DNA of 38,609 bases from Octopus bimaculoides (GCF_001194135.2 NC_068989.1:81350085-81388693); one strand, 5' to 3'; numbered from the stretch's first letter, positions 11,158 through 23,270 are shown. Notes: generated by a model not told the origin, from the letters alone. Program-made: numbers and translations.

Positions 11158-11245
11158 GTATACTCTTTCACTTGTTTCAGTCATTTGACTGCGACCATGC
11201 TGGAGCACCGCATTTATAGTCGAGCAAATCGACCCCAGCATTCTA
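11158..11245 (-). mobile_element. SINE 3' fragment
   Basis: cttgtttcagtcatttgactgcgaccatgctggagcaccgc..gtcgagcaaatcgacccc shares the atcgacccc core motif with the SINEs at 18428 and 26130. Confidence 0.55.
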
Positions 11246-12246
11246 TACAGGAGGCGGAAGGTGCGACACAGTGGAGGTGAGATTTGCCAACGAGTGGGAG
11301 GTGGTGAATCACTCCACTGTGACACTGAAGACGGAAAAATGGGTGCTCTTGCCTACCTACTGCGGCAGAGGGGTAGCCAGAGTGAGAATAGGCAGGGTGC
11401 CACTGGAAATCAAGGAAGCATGGCTAGTGGCAGCCATGATGATGGAGCTGAGGAGGTCGCCAAAATTCTAGAGGTGACAAGGACAAGGAAGGTGAATTGG
11501 TGGGGATACAGACTAGAAATGGTCATCCAGGTCAGACAACAGGATCTGAATGAAATTGCTGAAGAAATAAGACTGCCAGAGGACATAGGGTTGAGAGGAC
11601 ATAGGGTTGAGAGGACATAGGTTGAAAGTGTGGTAAAAAGGGACATATTAGATTGAGGTTTTCCCAGAGAGAAAACAAAAATGAGGAAAGCCAACGGGAG
11701 CAGAGTGCCGAAGTGGCAGACCTGCAAAGTGAAAAATGCATGAAAGAAGTGGAGGAACCATTTGCAGAGGTAACCAAGAGAAAAAGAGGGTAACAAGTGA
11801 ACTCACCTCTGAAGGGTCCAATAAGGAAGGTGAAGGAGAAGGGAAACCATCACAGATAAACAAATTCCACTGTGGGAACGAATAGTTGAAGGACCCGGAA
11901 AGGACAAGTGGCATATGGTAACATATACAAAAAACACAGACATAGAATGGAAAATCACAAAATTTAAATCGGTGATAAGAGTTAAATTACCAGTGGAACA
12001 TTGCCCAGAAAGTACAGGGGCCATACTAATAGACAAAAAGAGATATGAGAAATTGAAGAAATAGTTTGGAAACAAAATAGACCCAATGGGGGTGGGAGTC
12101 GAGTTTGACGATCTACTGCCAGTTATAGATTACGATGACTTGTTGCCATATATAAAATGGTAAAGCGTGAGTAAGCTTTTAAAATTTTTTAAAGACTACA
12201 CATACGATACTAAAAGAAAAAAAAAAGGGGGAAAAAAGAAGGAAAA
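11246..12246 (+). mobile_element. Decayed non-LTR ORF1-like (gag-like, CCHC knuckle) retroelement ending in an A-rich tail
   Basis: Frameshifted frames read VEVRFANE..LLPTYCGRGVARVRIGRVPLEIKEAWLVAA, then EVTRTRKVNWWGYRLEMVIQV, then a knuckle remnant G*KCGKKGHIRLRF (11620-11661, Cx2Cx4Hx4C with the outer Cys mutated), then a basic/acidic region ending DYDDLLPYIKW* (stop 12161-12163). An A-rich tract follows at 12212-12246. Confidence 0.6.
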
Positions 12247-12617
12247 ATTACATGAAAACTTTGTATTAAAACAGTTAAATGGTACTGCTTGAGAGTGGGG
12301 TTTAAGCAACCATTACATCCTGATTTAATTATTATCCATCTCTCATTCATTCATTTTATGTTTTTTTTGTCCCCACTGTGATGTTCTGTTTGTCCTTGTG
12401 CCCCCCCCCCTCTGTATCATTGCCTATGTGCCAAATAAAGAAATACAGTCAGCAAGGTATGCTGTCCGGGCCAGTCCTGCAGAGACAATGAAATACATTG
12501 TCATAATGTGCGACATTACAGTTTCAATCAAAGGTTAAATTTAAGTTATTGTAAGAAGCATTTATAAAAAAAGTATTTAATGAGTAGAAACAAAAAAATA
12601 TAATAATAATAAATAAA

Positions 12618-12623
12618 TTTATT
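12618..12623 (-). promoter_or_regulatory. Candidate polyadenylation signal (AATAAA)
   Basis: TTTATT on the plus strand, downstream of the exon stop. The hexamer is common in AT-rich DNA, so support is contextual only. Confidence 0.4.
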
Positions 12624-12702
12624 AAATTGGTACATCATGACATCCGTAGATGTAGGGTGCACACAGTAACTCTCTAAATAAGTCTCTGATATGTTAGCAT
12701 TA

Positions 12703-13202
12703 CTATTTGAAGTAAATTGGTTTTTTAAGCCACCAGTTTTGGTAATAGATATTTTTGTATGGTGTGTGGTGTCTGTAGCACCTGTGACATAAACTATGGC
12801 TTCCAGTCAGTCTACAAGTGTGGTGAACATAGGCTGTTATCTGGGAATTTGAATAGTGCGATGAGGTTGGACAATTCTTGCTCTCCGAACTAGGAGAAAA
12901 CATGTGTAATTTCTCTAAATCATTTTGAAGCTTTAGAACTTCTTCTTCATGTTGTTTTAAAGTGTGTTGCTTACTTTTTTCTAGCATGCGTTTTTGAATC
13001 TGCATCTGCCCAGCCAGTCCAGCATTACTAATGCGTGTCTTTTCAGCTATTTTAGCATCAAGTTGAGTGTACAGACCTGGATATATGGATGTAGCAAATG
13101 AAGAAGAAATGGTTTTGTCAGTTTTGTTGATAAAATTGCTGCTGTTAATGCTTGTGTCCTTCTTGCTGTTGCACAAAGTAGGTTTACTCCTCCAAAAAGA
13201 AG
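12703..13202 (-). CDS. Probable terminal coding exon of an unidentified host gene (coiled-coil-containing C-terminus)
   Basis: Minus strand: branch CTAAC (13228-13224), pyrimidine tract and CAG acceptor at 13205-13203. The frame is open after a 2-nt overhang (SFWRSKPTLCNSKKD..QMQIQKRMLEKSKQHTLKQHEEEVLKLQNDLEKLH..KPIYFK) to TAG 12705-12703, about 166 codons in AT-rich DNA. AATAAA lies about 80 nt downstream. Confidence 0.7.
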
Positions 13203-13319
13203 CTGCAGAGATTAAAGAGTAGAGTTAGAACATTAATATTAATAAGATAGAAACTCATTAAGCGTTGTCAGTGGAGTTGAATATAGAGGTTTGAGCTCAT
13301 GAACAATATTTAGTTATGC

Positions 13320-13940
13320 AACCTGGGCATTACTGTCACCAGTGATTTGCGCTGAACAAAGCACATCTCTAAAATTGTCAAAAAAGGCTGGGGGTATCTT
13401 GGCATCACTCAGCAAGACCTTTGTAAGCTGCTCTCCAACTATTTAAGGCTGTATATAGCTATGGTGCAGCCACACTTGGAATTTGCACCACCAGTCTGGA
13501 ACCCTTATCTTGCTCAGGACATTGACCTCCTGGAAACTGTTAAGAGACATGCAACCAAATAAATACCATCTGCCATATTTTGAATGTCTGGTAACTGGCT
13601 TGGTAAACACCCACAAAATTATTAACCATCATGCCAACAACAATCTTGAGCACCTTTTTGAATTCCATATGTCTAACACATGTGGGCATGTCCACAAAGT
13701 CAGAAAACAGCACAGCTCCCATGACTTTTGGAAACATTTTTTCACACTCAGAATTGCTGAAGCATGGAACAAATTGCCTGCATCAGTTGCTAGCTGCCAA
13801 GACATTGCATCCTTTAAAACCACCATGCTTCTTGAAATTTGCCAACACTACACCTCATATCCCACCCCTACCACCACTCCATATGCATGCGCACATGTAT
13901 ATCATGACTCATACACTGTTCACTTCCCTGACACTTACAC
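13320..13940 (+). mobile_element. CR1-type LINE 3' fragment
   Basis: NLGITVTSDL..KHISKIVKK..LYIAMVQPHLEFAPPVWNPYLAQDIDLLETVKRHAT.. then TCGHVHKVRKQH..KHFFTLRIAEAWNKLP, followed by a (TTA)n tail. Confidence 0.88.
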
Positions 13941-13947
13941 AACAATT

Positions 13948-13950
<3 letters not shown>

Positions 13951-14023
<73 letters not shown>
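13951..14023. repeat. (TTA)n microsatellite, tail of the CR1 copy
   Basis: Direct reading. Confidence 0.95.
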
Positions 14024-14026
<3 letters not shown>

Positions 14027-15199
14027 ATGGTTTAAATTGAAACTGACTTCTTAATGTCCCTCTTCATTTTCTCTTCCATGCTGTTATTATCATCATCATA
14101 ATCATCACCATCTTCATCATCATCACATGGTGATTTAAGACACAGAGTCCCTACTGCAGAATAAATGTCATCCTGAAGTGTCTAACACACCACATTCTTT
14201 ACCAGTGTTTAAAATACAGAATGTTTGAAAATCGTTTAAAAATAATTGTTTCCTAAAAAGTGTTACAGCAATAGCATGAGCAAAGCTATCTTAAAGATTT
14301 TGAAATGTCTTGAAAGAAGAGCTAATTACAATATGGTATATGTTAGAAGGAATAACAGACTTTGTCCACTCCAAAATGATTTATGTTTTCTTTGCATGAA
14401 ATGTAGAGTAATGTATGCAGTAGAAATAACTACTCTGTTAAGGATAATAATGTGAATGGATGATAGGTTGCGGGTGAAAGACAGCTGAATAATGCATGAG
14501 ACTGAATAATGCATGGAAAGTGATCAGTTTTTCAAGATAAGGATTGCGATTGTGCTTGTAAGTGTTGAAAGGTACCTGTTCCATTGTTATTATAGTCATT
14601 TCTTGTGTCTTCAATTTTTAAGGTAAACTATGGATACCTCAAAGCAATATCCTTCTTTATTTAGGTTGCACAAGTATTACAATTCTGATGTATTGTGAAG
14701 TAGGAAATGAGCTTTGGAGTTTCATTAACGGTCGTTACATTAATTGTCTTTAAATTACATTCAAAATATACAAAAAATAGTGGACTTCAACATTGTCAAT
14801 TTATTTGTTTTTCAGGGTTAAGACCCAGTGTTTGTTTAATAAGAATTCTAGTGTCATTATCAATGATTTCTAAGAATCCATTTCATAAAATAATGATATA
14901 TTTCCAACAAAGATAAGTAATACAAGATTGATATGATTTTATGATATAGAAAATTGTTCTAGCTAAGAAAATGAGGAAGGTATTGTTTTATTTTGAACAA
15001 ACTTAATTTTCAAGAAATTATGAATTAATTTTAAAATGATAACATTTTAAAAATATTAATATTGTACCTGTTTTATGAGTTTCCATGATTCATCTTAATT
15101 TCCACCTGGTATAAACAGAAATATGAAATATAGTTTTAAACCAAAAAAAATCTTGGTGAAGTATGAATGAGGACAAAAAAAAAAAATGATGGGTGTATC

Positions 15200-15560
15200 A
15201 TACATACATTGGGCATTCTCCTGCCTTGACCAGTTCCTGCTTTTCCCATTCATTTGTACAAACCATTGACCAGTTTCTTACACTGAGCAGTTCCTTACAC
15301 TGGTCAGTCCCCTACATTGCCTTTTCATCAGCATTGACAAATTTCTTACTTTACTCACTCATCTGTATTGGTAATTCACCAGGATTGACCATCCCCTTCC
15401 ACTGCCATTGATCTGAATCAATCACTTACTTCATTAACCACTAACTTGTACTTTACTGTACTGACCATTTCCCTGTGCTGGCCAACCTTCTATACTGACC
15501 ATTCATCAGCCGGGTCCATTCTTCTGAAGTGACCAGTCCCATGTAAGGTCCAGTCATTGC
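15200..15560. repeat. Degenerate minisatellite with a recurring (ac)tgacca(gt) motif
   Basis: tgaccag, tgaccat and tggtcag recur at irregular spacing of tens of bp. Confidence 0.45.
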
Positions 15561-17989
15561 TTCATTTATACTTCTCTTTCATGCATTAATCCAAGGATTG
15601 GGTTAAATAATTTTTGATCCAAGAAATGGATGGATGAATCCAACTGATGGGTTTCTGTAGAGAAAACATGTGCAAGAAGAAAATTCCAGGGGGTTGTTGT
15701 CTGGAGATAAAGGGTTGGAAATTATTTAGGGTGGGGTTTTAGTTGTGAAATCTAGTAAGGGTGTGAAAAAGAGAGGTGGAAAAATTGGGTTGTGTGCAAA
15801 TAATTATTTCAGAGGAACAGAAACCATTATAGCAGCAGTAGAAAGAACAGACTGTGTAGAATACAGTATATCAGATGAACTTATTTGGATGTTGTTTATA
15901 ATGTTTGTGAGTGTGTGTGCAGCAGTTGCCGTATTCTAGACATTTTAGCAGTGCTGTAATGCAGTGTAAATTTGTAATGGTTCAGTAGCTGTAAATAGCT
16001 GAAGTAGTTTCTTACTTTAAGTAAGTTCCACCTTTGAGATACAATTGTTGTAATAAGTGGTTAACAGAGTTTATGAAGTACTTGCCATAACTGCAGTGGT
16101 TTTAGTTATCGGTTGCCTATCAGTAGAGAGGATGTTCTATTACAAGTGTGCTTTCTGATAAGTACAATGACTGTTTTGATGTTGATGAGAGAGATTAGGT
16201 TGTGATGTTTCAATTTGAGGATATTTTTAATGCCTTTGTTTTTAAAAGTAGTGCATATCTGACATGACATGTCTAGCTTACATATAGATAATGGCTGTTT
16301 GTAGAAGATTATTGAGGAATGAATGGCATTGTCATCTGCATAGGAATATATTGATTAGATGTGCCAACAGGTTGATTATTAATGAAGAAAAAGAACATGC
16401 AAGAATATAATCAAGCCTTTAGATACACAAGGATCGACGGGGTATTAATCAAAGAAATAACATTGATATACAATACAATGGAAAGGTTGACAAGAACCAT
16501 CTAATTCAAAAGATATGAGTTAAAGTGGAGCCCAGACTTTGGATGCTTTGTTAAGAAGGTTTTACTCAAGACACGACAGAAAAGGCAACAACATTGCTTT
16601 CAATAAAGTTCTCAAGGTTCAGAGATCATTGGAATACAAAATATTAAATTCCCAGAAGATTTGACTCTACAAAAAAATAGAATGGTGGTCAGTGAGAAAG
16701 GGAAGAAGCTGAAGATGGAAAAGATGGTGACCAACTACTTTTATCATTTGTGAAATATTGGCTGTGAAGTGACATGTGGTGGCTGGCAGGGTTGACTAGA
16801 AACAATCAAGAATTTAAATAGTTTTTTTTTTCAGTGTTAAAATAGAAATCCTTTCAAATGGAAAATAGACAACCAAATGTAGAATGTTTGTAAGTTTATC
16901 TAAATTTCTCATTTCATTCAAGTTTGTTGTTATGTTCATATTTTTATGGCACAGAAACAAACTGAATTAGAGCTTTATGGCTGATATAATTTTATTATTT
17001 AAACTGCTGACCCGTGAGAAATTCCTTGAGGCTGATAATATTTAAGAATCAAAGTTAGCATCTTACTATATTTTAGTATTGAATCTTTCCAATTCTCATT
17101 CTGATCTGTTGGTTCATTTAAAGACAAATAAATTAATGTAATTCTAAACCGAGATTAAGTGGCTTTCCTTCAGATAAGATTAACTATTCACATCAACATA
17201 CAATTATTGATGGCCACACTAATGTAATTATTTTTGCTTTATCAATAATGAATATATTCCTCTTATAATAACTTGAAAGACCAATATAGAGTTTTCAAAT
17301 ATCCAGTCACCATGAATTCTGCATTACATCTTAAGTACTTCACAAAGTCAGTGATTAGAAGATGTTAAACTAGGTTAAATTTGTGATGTTTTATCCATAC
17401 ACAATAGAATATTGTGTCCCACAGTGTATAATGTGCACTGTTTGTTATTAAACATTGGGTCTTATAAGCTACCCTATGCATTATAGTGTTATAAGATCAT
17501 TTTCCTAATTTTTAAATGTATATTCCAAGATTTTCAATTGAGACACCTACTTACATTTAAGGGTCATGCTTTCGTAATGTATTTTTAGTGAGATTGGCAG
17601 CAAGACAGCTGCTGGGTACAAGCGGGTAAATCTGTTTTAGATACTCAAGGGAAGTACTGTAGTTGCCAGGTGCAAGAGGACAGGTCTATTTTAAATACTG
17701 TAACCTATAATTATGTAAGCTTGTATATTCTGTTTATTCTATTCTATATTCTCATCCAGTTTTACAATAAATATACCGATACTGGATTTTTAGCTTAAAA
17801 TCTAGTAAAAAGAAAATAGAAATCTTTAGCTACTGTGCTAATTTACAGGTAAGTATTTCACCTTGAATCATATTCTTTCTGCTGACTTCCACATTCCCCT
17901 TTCTGATTGCTCATTGCACTTTTAACAAAAACAAAAACTCCCAATGGATTCCAAGCAGAAACAGCTATCATATCTTGCTAGTTATTAGC

Positions 17990-19000
17990 TATTAGTTATC
18001 AAATACACTAAAATACTCAGCAATAGAACTGTTGCCAGACATTTTGTACCATCATCTACTGAATATGTCATTCAAACATGGAGAAGAGATGAAGTAAAAA
18101 TCAAGACTTTAGGATGAACAAAATGCAATTTTTGAAGAAGAATCGAGAAATGGTCAAACTTTGAAGAACAAGTGAATGCTTAGATTGTTGACTATAGAAA
18201 TTCTAGGATTAATATGCCAACAATGGAATTTATTATTGATAGAATATTGGAATTTCATAAATTACTCTTAAAAGACTAGAAAGCAAGAAGATTTAGAAAT
18301 GGCAAAAATTGAAAGCATGAATGAAGTTCCTCTCACTTTTGATGTCACTTCAAATAAAGTCATCGATTTTAAAAGGTCTAAAACAATTACTATCAAAAGA
18401 ACTGGACATGAAAAAACTCATTATATTCTTTTCTACTCTAGGCACAAGGCCCGAAATCTTTGGGGAGGGGGCCAGTTAATTAGATTGACCCAGTACACAA
18501 CTGGTTATTAATTTATCGACCCCGAAAGGATGAAAGGCAAAGTCGACCTCGGCAAAATTTGAACTCAGAATGTAAAGACAGATGAAATACCGCTAAGCAT
18601 TTCACCTGGCGTGCTAACGTTTCTGCCAGCTCGCCACCTTAAAACCCATTATATTGTCCTTTTAGCTTGAGCAAATGATGGTAAAAACATTTCCAGCTTT
18701 CCTTAAGGTGGAAAAAGAGGAAAACATCTCCAAAGATATTTTTGGATGAACAAGGAATGGAATTTGGGCAGAGAAAGTGTTGGTAAGACATCTCAGTGAG
18801 ATGCAAGAGAAGCTATCCTTATTAGTATTAGTTAAATCAGTACTTATACCACCAATTCAACAAAATCCCTTTTTCATAATTAAAATACCAAAATTGTAGT
18901 GATTCTCAGAGTCCTCAGCTCACTCTTACAACATTTGGATGTGTTGATCAACAAACCCTTCAAAGATTTCATGCATTAAGAGTTTACAAAGCTTATGATT
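17990..19000 (+). mobile_element. Decayed pogo-family transposase, interrupted by a SINE
   Basis: ..SNRTVARHF..QTWRRDE.., then MNEVPLTFDVTSNKVIDFKRSKTITIKRTGHEKTHY, which resumes after the SINE as THYIVLLA. Later LLVL..SLLQHLDVLINKPFKDFM matches pogo DDE_1 motifs (DEVPLTFD, TSGHEK, LQPLDV..NKPFK). No TIRs were confidently found. Confidence 0.82.
18428..18640 (-). mobile_element. Full-length tRNA-derived SINE with a 15-bp TSD
   Basis: The reverse complement starts aaggtggcgagctggcagaaacgttagc..gagttcaaatt, with core gaggtcgactttgcctttcatcctttcggggtcgataaa. The TSD is AAAACTCATTATATT (18413-18427) and AAAACCCATTATATT (18641-18655). Confidence 0.9.
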
Positions 19001-20020
19001 GCCCCAAAGAGCAAGAATTCATCTCAAATCACCAAATGAAATGTACCAGTCTTGCACACCATTCGTATACTCAACACTTAAATTTTTGACTTGCCTCACA
19101 TATTCAGCTAATGAAGACAAGTGCACCAACCTTGGATTTTTAAATAAGTGCACACATGTCTAGGTGCAATTCCTATAAACATTGGCTGTACAGCCAATGA
19201 ATTCCTTAGTGCATGCTCTACAAGATGTACTGCACAAGATATGAACTGCTGGAATTGTAACCTTGGTTTTCAGTTAGTTTAATCATTTTGTTACAATATT
19301 TTTCATGAAATACACTGTATTTGTTTCAATTAATTATGAAAATATCTAAGAATTAATGAAAATAACTGTCATTAGTAAGTTGGTGTCTGGAATATAAATC
19401 AGCCTGAAATTTTGATGGAAGGTTTTAAGTTTGATCACTTTAAAATGGGAAATTTGTATCATAATACCAAGGGCAGATTAGGATGGGTTGATATCAAATG
19501 GGTTTTAAATTTATTAGAGCTAGCAATACTATCAATTATGTTTGGAGTAATAGAATATACTAATTAAATATTTGCTAGTATTTATGGTGAGGTGAGAGAA
19601 GTAAAGACAAAGTTTCTAGTTTTTTACCTGGATACTGTGTGGTGGATTATACCGTGTGACCTTCCTATTTCTATTTTTCTTATAAAATTGTGTATGCAAT
19701 ATAATGAAGGTCACCTTCTGCTAGGGTTCTTCTTATAGCAAGGGTCCATGAATTTATGTCAAAAATCAAACCTCCAGCAGAATAATTAATTCTACATATG
19801 TTATAAAGTAAATTTCACTTTAAAATCTCAATTTAAGAGAAAAGAAAATACATATCTTATAATTGAAAGATTGTGATTTTGTTCTGGCGGGTACTACCTA
19901 ACAACATATGCTTTATCACCAGATTGTAAATGATATTTTGATAACCTCTACTTTTCCATTTTGTTTTACTTCATTATGGAAATATGCCAATAATTATGTA
20001 ATTCCCTATACATCAAACTA

Positions 20021-20290
20021 GTAGTTGTGGTGTTGCATTCACATTCATAAGGTTGTGGTTTCAATTCCCTGACTGAGTTACATGTGTTCTTTAGCCAAAC
20101 ACTTTATTTCCTATTGCTCCAGTTCACTCAGCTAAAAATGAGAACTAGTAACAACCACAGATGAGCTGTGTGATGGACAGGCTTCCCATTCAGTGTGGGT
20201 GGAGGCACATTCTTCTCTCAGCTGCTTAGATACAATGGAAACCAGGATAAGTCTGCCCTAGTGAGCTTGCCCACTCATGACAGGCATAAG
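20021..20290 (+). mobile_element. tRNA-derived SINE, decayed
   Basis: aggttgtggtttcaattccc (B-box-like) ... cactttatttc..ctccagttcactcagctaaaaatgag. The head is shared with the SINE at 30331. Confidence 0.7.
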
Positions 20291-20785
20291 ACCTACAATA
20301 TATAGCTTTATTGTCTGGCACAGTTGAATCTAAAATTTACTCTACAGAACAATCAAATATCAACCCATATTCAAAATTAATATACAATAAAATATAATTA
20401 ATTTTAAAGATAGAATATGAAACACTTACCTGTTGTATTACACCATCTGCAATATCTACATGTGGTGATTGTCAGTTATACTGGTATCTATACTATAACT
20501 ACAACTGGTTCTCTCATAATAGATTCTTTAACTAGAAGAATATTATATTTAAGGTCAATGTAACAGTTTCTAATTTAAAGTCATTGTTGTAATTGTTATA
20601 GTTGTTGTTGTTGTTTGGCCCCAGGTTAGCTCTGATCAAGCAGACCTAACATCAAAGCCTTCCACCAATGACCTTCCCCTCTTTATCTTTTACACAATGT
20701 TTTCTGGATTACATTTATTTAAAATTCCCTTCCTTTTTATTTAAGGGAAATTTCACTGCTATTTTTAGCTCTTTTCATTATAGTA

Positions 20786-21149
20786 TTAAATACTAGTTAG
20801 TGGGAGTCTGGTTGTTGTTGTAATGTTTAGTGCAGCAGTGTTAGTGTGTTGGTTGTGGTTGTTTGTGCAGCAGTTAGTATAATGATTGCTATAGCACTTC
20901 ATGTGATAATTCATGTGGCTGTTGTTGTAGTGTTTAGTACAGTATCCTGGGTGGGTTGCTGGTTGATGTAGTGGTTGGTGCAATAGTTAGTATAGTGGTT
21001 GCTACAGTATTTGATGTAATGGTTTGTGAGGTGATTAGTGTAGCATTTTGCTGTGATGGTGATGAGGTCATTAAGGAAATAGGTGATGTTGGTGTAATGG
21101 TTTTATAAATGAAATTATTTAATGTCAGATTGCTTCCTGAAATTACTCT
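20786..21149 (-). pseudogene. Possible decayed Thr/Ser-rich (mucin-like) coding segment
   Basis: A 71-codon open stretch at 21149-20937 (..TITPTSPISLMTSSPSQQNATLITSQTITSNTVATTILTIAPTTTSTS..) continues in shifted frames as NTTTTAT and NITTTTRLP, with stops. It could equally be a cryptic (ACN)n repeat. Confidence 0.3.
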
Positions 21150-22429
21150 GTCTTATGTCTGTCTCAAATCTTTGTATCATCAACCAACGTCTTCTTATCT
21201 GTTATTGTTATATAACTGTCCAGGGTTCTTTCAACCGTATCTGAATATAATCTTGGTAGAAATGACATTTATTGCAGACTTGATCATTCTGATTTACCAC
21301 AGATTGATAAATCCTTTTTATTGGTAAAACAATATTTTACTAAAGGAATCTTCATATAATTATTTTTCCTATGACCAGAACAAATTTAATACTGCGAACA
21401 AATTTGTTTTCTAAACAAATAAAAGCAATTTTATGAGAGAACATTTAACGTTTCAGTGAAAAGTGTAATTGATCTCATGGTTAACAAAATCTGTGACTGA
21501 GTTTCAAATCCACTTCACTTAATGTTTCTACTGTCTTTTAGAAAGGTATGAATGATTATGTCATCTCATTTTCTTATTCCCAGCTTTGAAATCAATTTTA
21601 CACCAACAATTCTCCACTTTCAAGGGGATGCACCCCAATTAAAATAACAAAAACTTGCTGAAATGTTTTCATTTAGTGAATTGCAAAATATAGCAAAATT
21701 TTACCTTAAAATTATGGTCATATTTTCTTTTCCTGAACAGTCTTACCAAAAATCATCAAACGTTCACTTGCAGTTTTAAATATATATATGTGTTGAGTAC
21801 AAACCATAGCAATAGATGAATATATTAACAAGGTCCTAACTGATGAAATATTCAGCTGTTCATCCTATAATCTATATCTTGACCAATCATATCAACTGAA
21901 TTGGGATATTCTGTGTATAAACTTGTGATTCTTCTATGTGACTGTATTTATCTCTCTGTCAGTGTTCATTCATGCTTATAAGTGTGGGTGTGTTATGTGT
22001 TTGTGTGCATTCATTCGAAGGTATATGTAAATATGTGTGAATTTACTGCTGCAATGTTTCTATGTTTTCTATTATTGCACTGTTTGTCCTTAGTGGATCT
22101 CTGTCATGAGTGTAATCTCATCTTCAACCAAACAGCGAGACGATAACAAGTTGTTTGGTAGGTTAGTTATTTACACAGGATATTACAGATGGTTTCCATT
22201 GTGAAGCCCACACTAAGAACTGCATTATTATACAACTGACACTATTTGTTTTATTTCACTGACATGTGAAAAACAGTTGTTCTACTTCCATTAAAGAGTG
22301 TAGTCATGCAAAATCAAAAGAATTTCCTATGAATGATCAATAATTTCTCTCGTTATGAACAACCATTACTAAGATATCATGTGGTGAATGGAAAATAGTG
22401 ATGATGAGGAGAAAGACACTAAGGGTGAT

Positions 22430-22437
22430 GATGATAG

Positions 22438-22477
<40 letters not shown>

Positions 22478-22515
22478 AACAACAATGACAATGATGACGA
22501 TGATAATGACAATGA
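22430..22515. repeat. Compound (GAT/GAC/AAC)n trinucleotide repeat
   Basis: Direct reading. Confidence 0.93.
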
Positions 22516-22980
22516 TGACAATGATGATGATGATGGTCCTCACACTAATTGTTTGACTAACTTGAGAAACTATTAACTCTCTTTACATGTTTAGTATTTG
22601 TAGATAACCATTAATATAGACTTAAACGTTTTTTTGTTTTTTTTTACCATTGTCTTCACCAAGTGCTTTGGAAAAATCATCACTTTCAGAAAATTCAAGA
22701 CCTGATTTACTTTTATCATCGCTAACATCCTTGAACTGCAACTTGTATTTCGGCCAAGTATGATGACAGGCATACATACATACACTGTTCCAAACAAAAT
22801 TCATCAGCAGCACTGTTCTCTTCTGTCAGCAGCACGACCACAGTTTTCAAAGGTCATTGGTCATCAATTTGGCTGGCAGGCACTTCACATGCCTCAGGTG
22901 GTATTTGGCAAGCTGCAGCCATATTCTCTGGTTCTTAACCAGGGTCCTATATAGGATTTTGTTAAAATTTATCAGGCATA

Positions 22981-23270
22981 GGAGTGGCTGTGTGGTAAGT
23001 AGCTTGCTTACGAACCACATGGTTCCGTATTCAGTCCCACTGCGTGGCACCTTGGGCAAGTGTCTTCTACTGAGGGGGTCTTGTCCTGCAAATGACATGG
23101 TGACCTCACTGCTACCGGTGTCACATAAAAAGCACCCAATACACTCTGTAAAGTGGTTGGCTCAGTCATAGAAACCATGCCACACACATGGCAGAGTTTA
23201 GCACAGTCTTCTGACTTACCTCATTTTGTCAAACTGCTCTACCCATGCAATCGTGGAAAAAAAATGTTAA

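Noticed and set aside
15068-15105. 38-nt minus-strand segment with a good acceptor (tttctgtttataccag) and a GT donor
   Set aside because: All three frames contain stops, so it cannot be a coding exon upstream of 13202. A non-coding or poison exon cannot be assessed here.
17830-17848. Plus-strand micro-exon-like AG..CAG/GTAAGT
   Set aside because: It is isolated, has no partner exons, and lies beside pogo debris. The same applies to the one near 35331-35351.
20431-20520. Strong minus-strand donor CAG/GTAAGT
   Set aside because: No acceptor with a pyrimidine tract gives an open upstream frame.
22388-22576. Acidic ORF MENSDDEEKD..DDDD
   Set aside because: It is dominated by a (GAT)n microsatellite, which is abundant in this genome, and has no other coding support.
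22600-22975. Cys-containing then acidic minus-strand frames resembling a CXC-tailed transposase end
   Set aside because: Too decayed; the motifs are split across frames and no element ends were found.
22981-23060. tRNA-like A/B boxes (also at 2980-3051, 23700-23778 and 30331-30390)
   Set aside because: No full cloverleaf forms and each continues into a SINE body, so these are SINE heads rather than tRNA genes.
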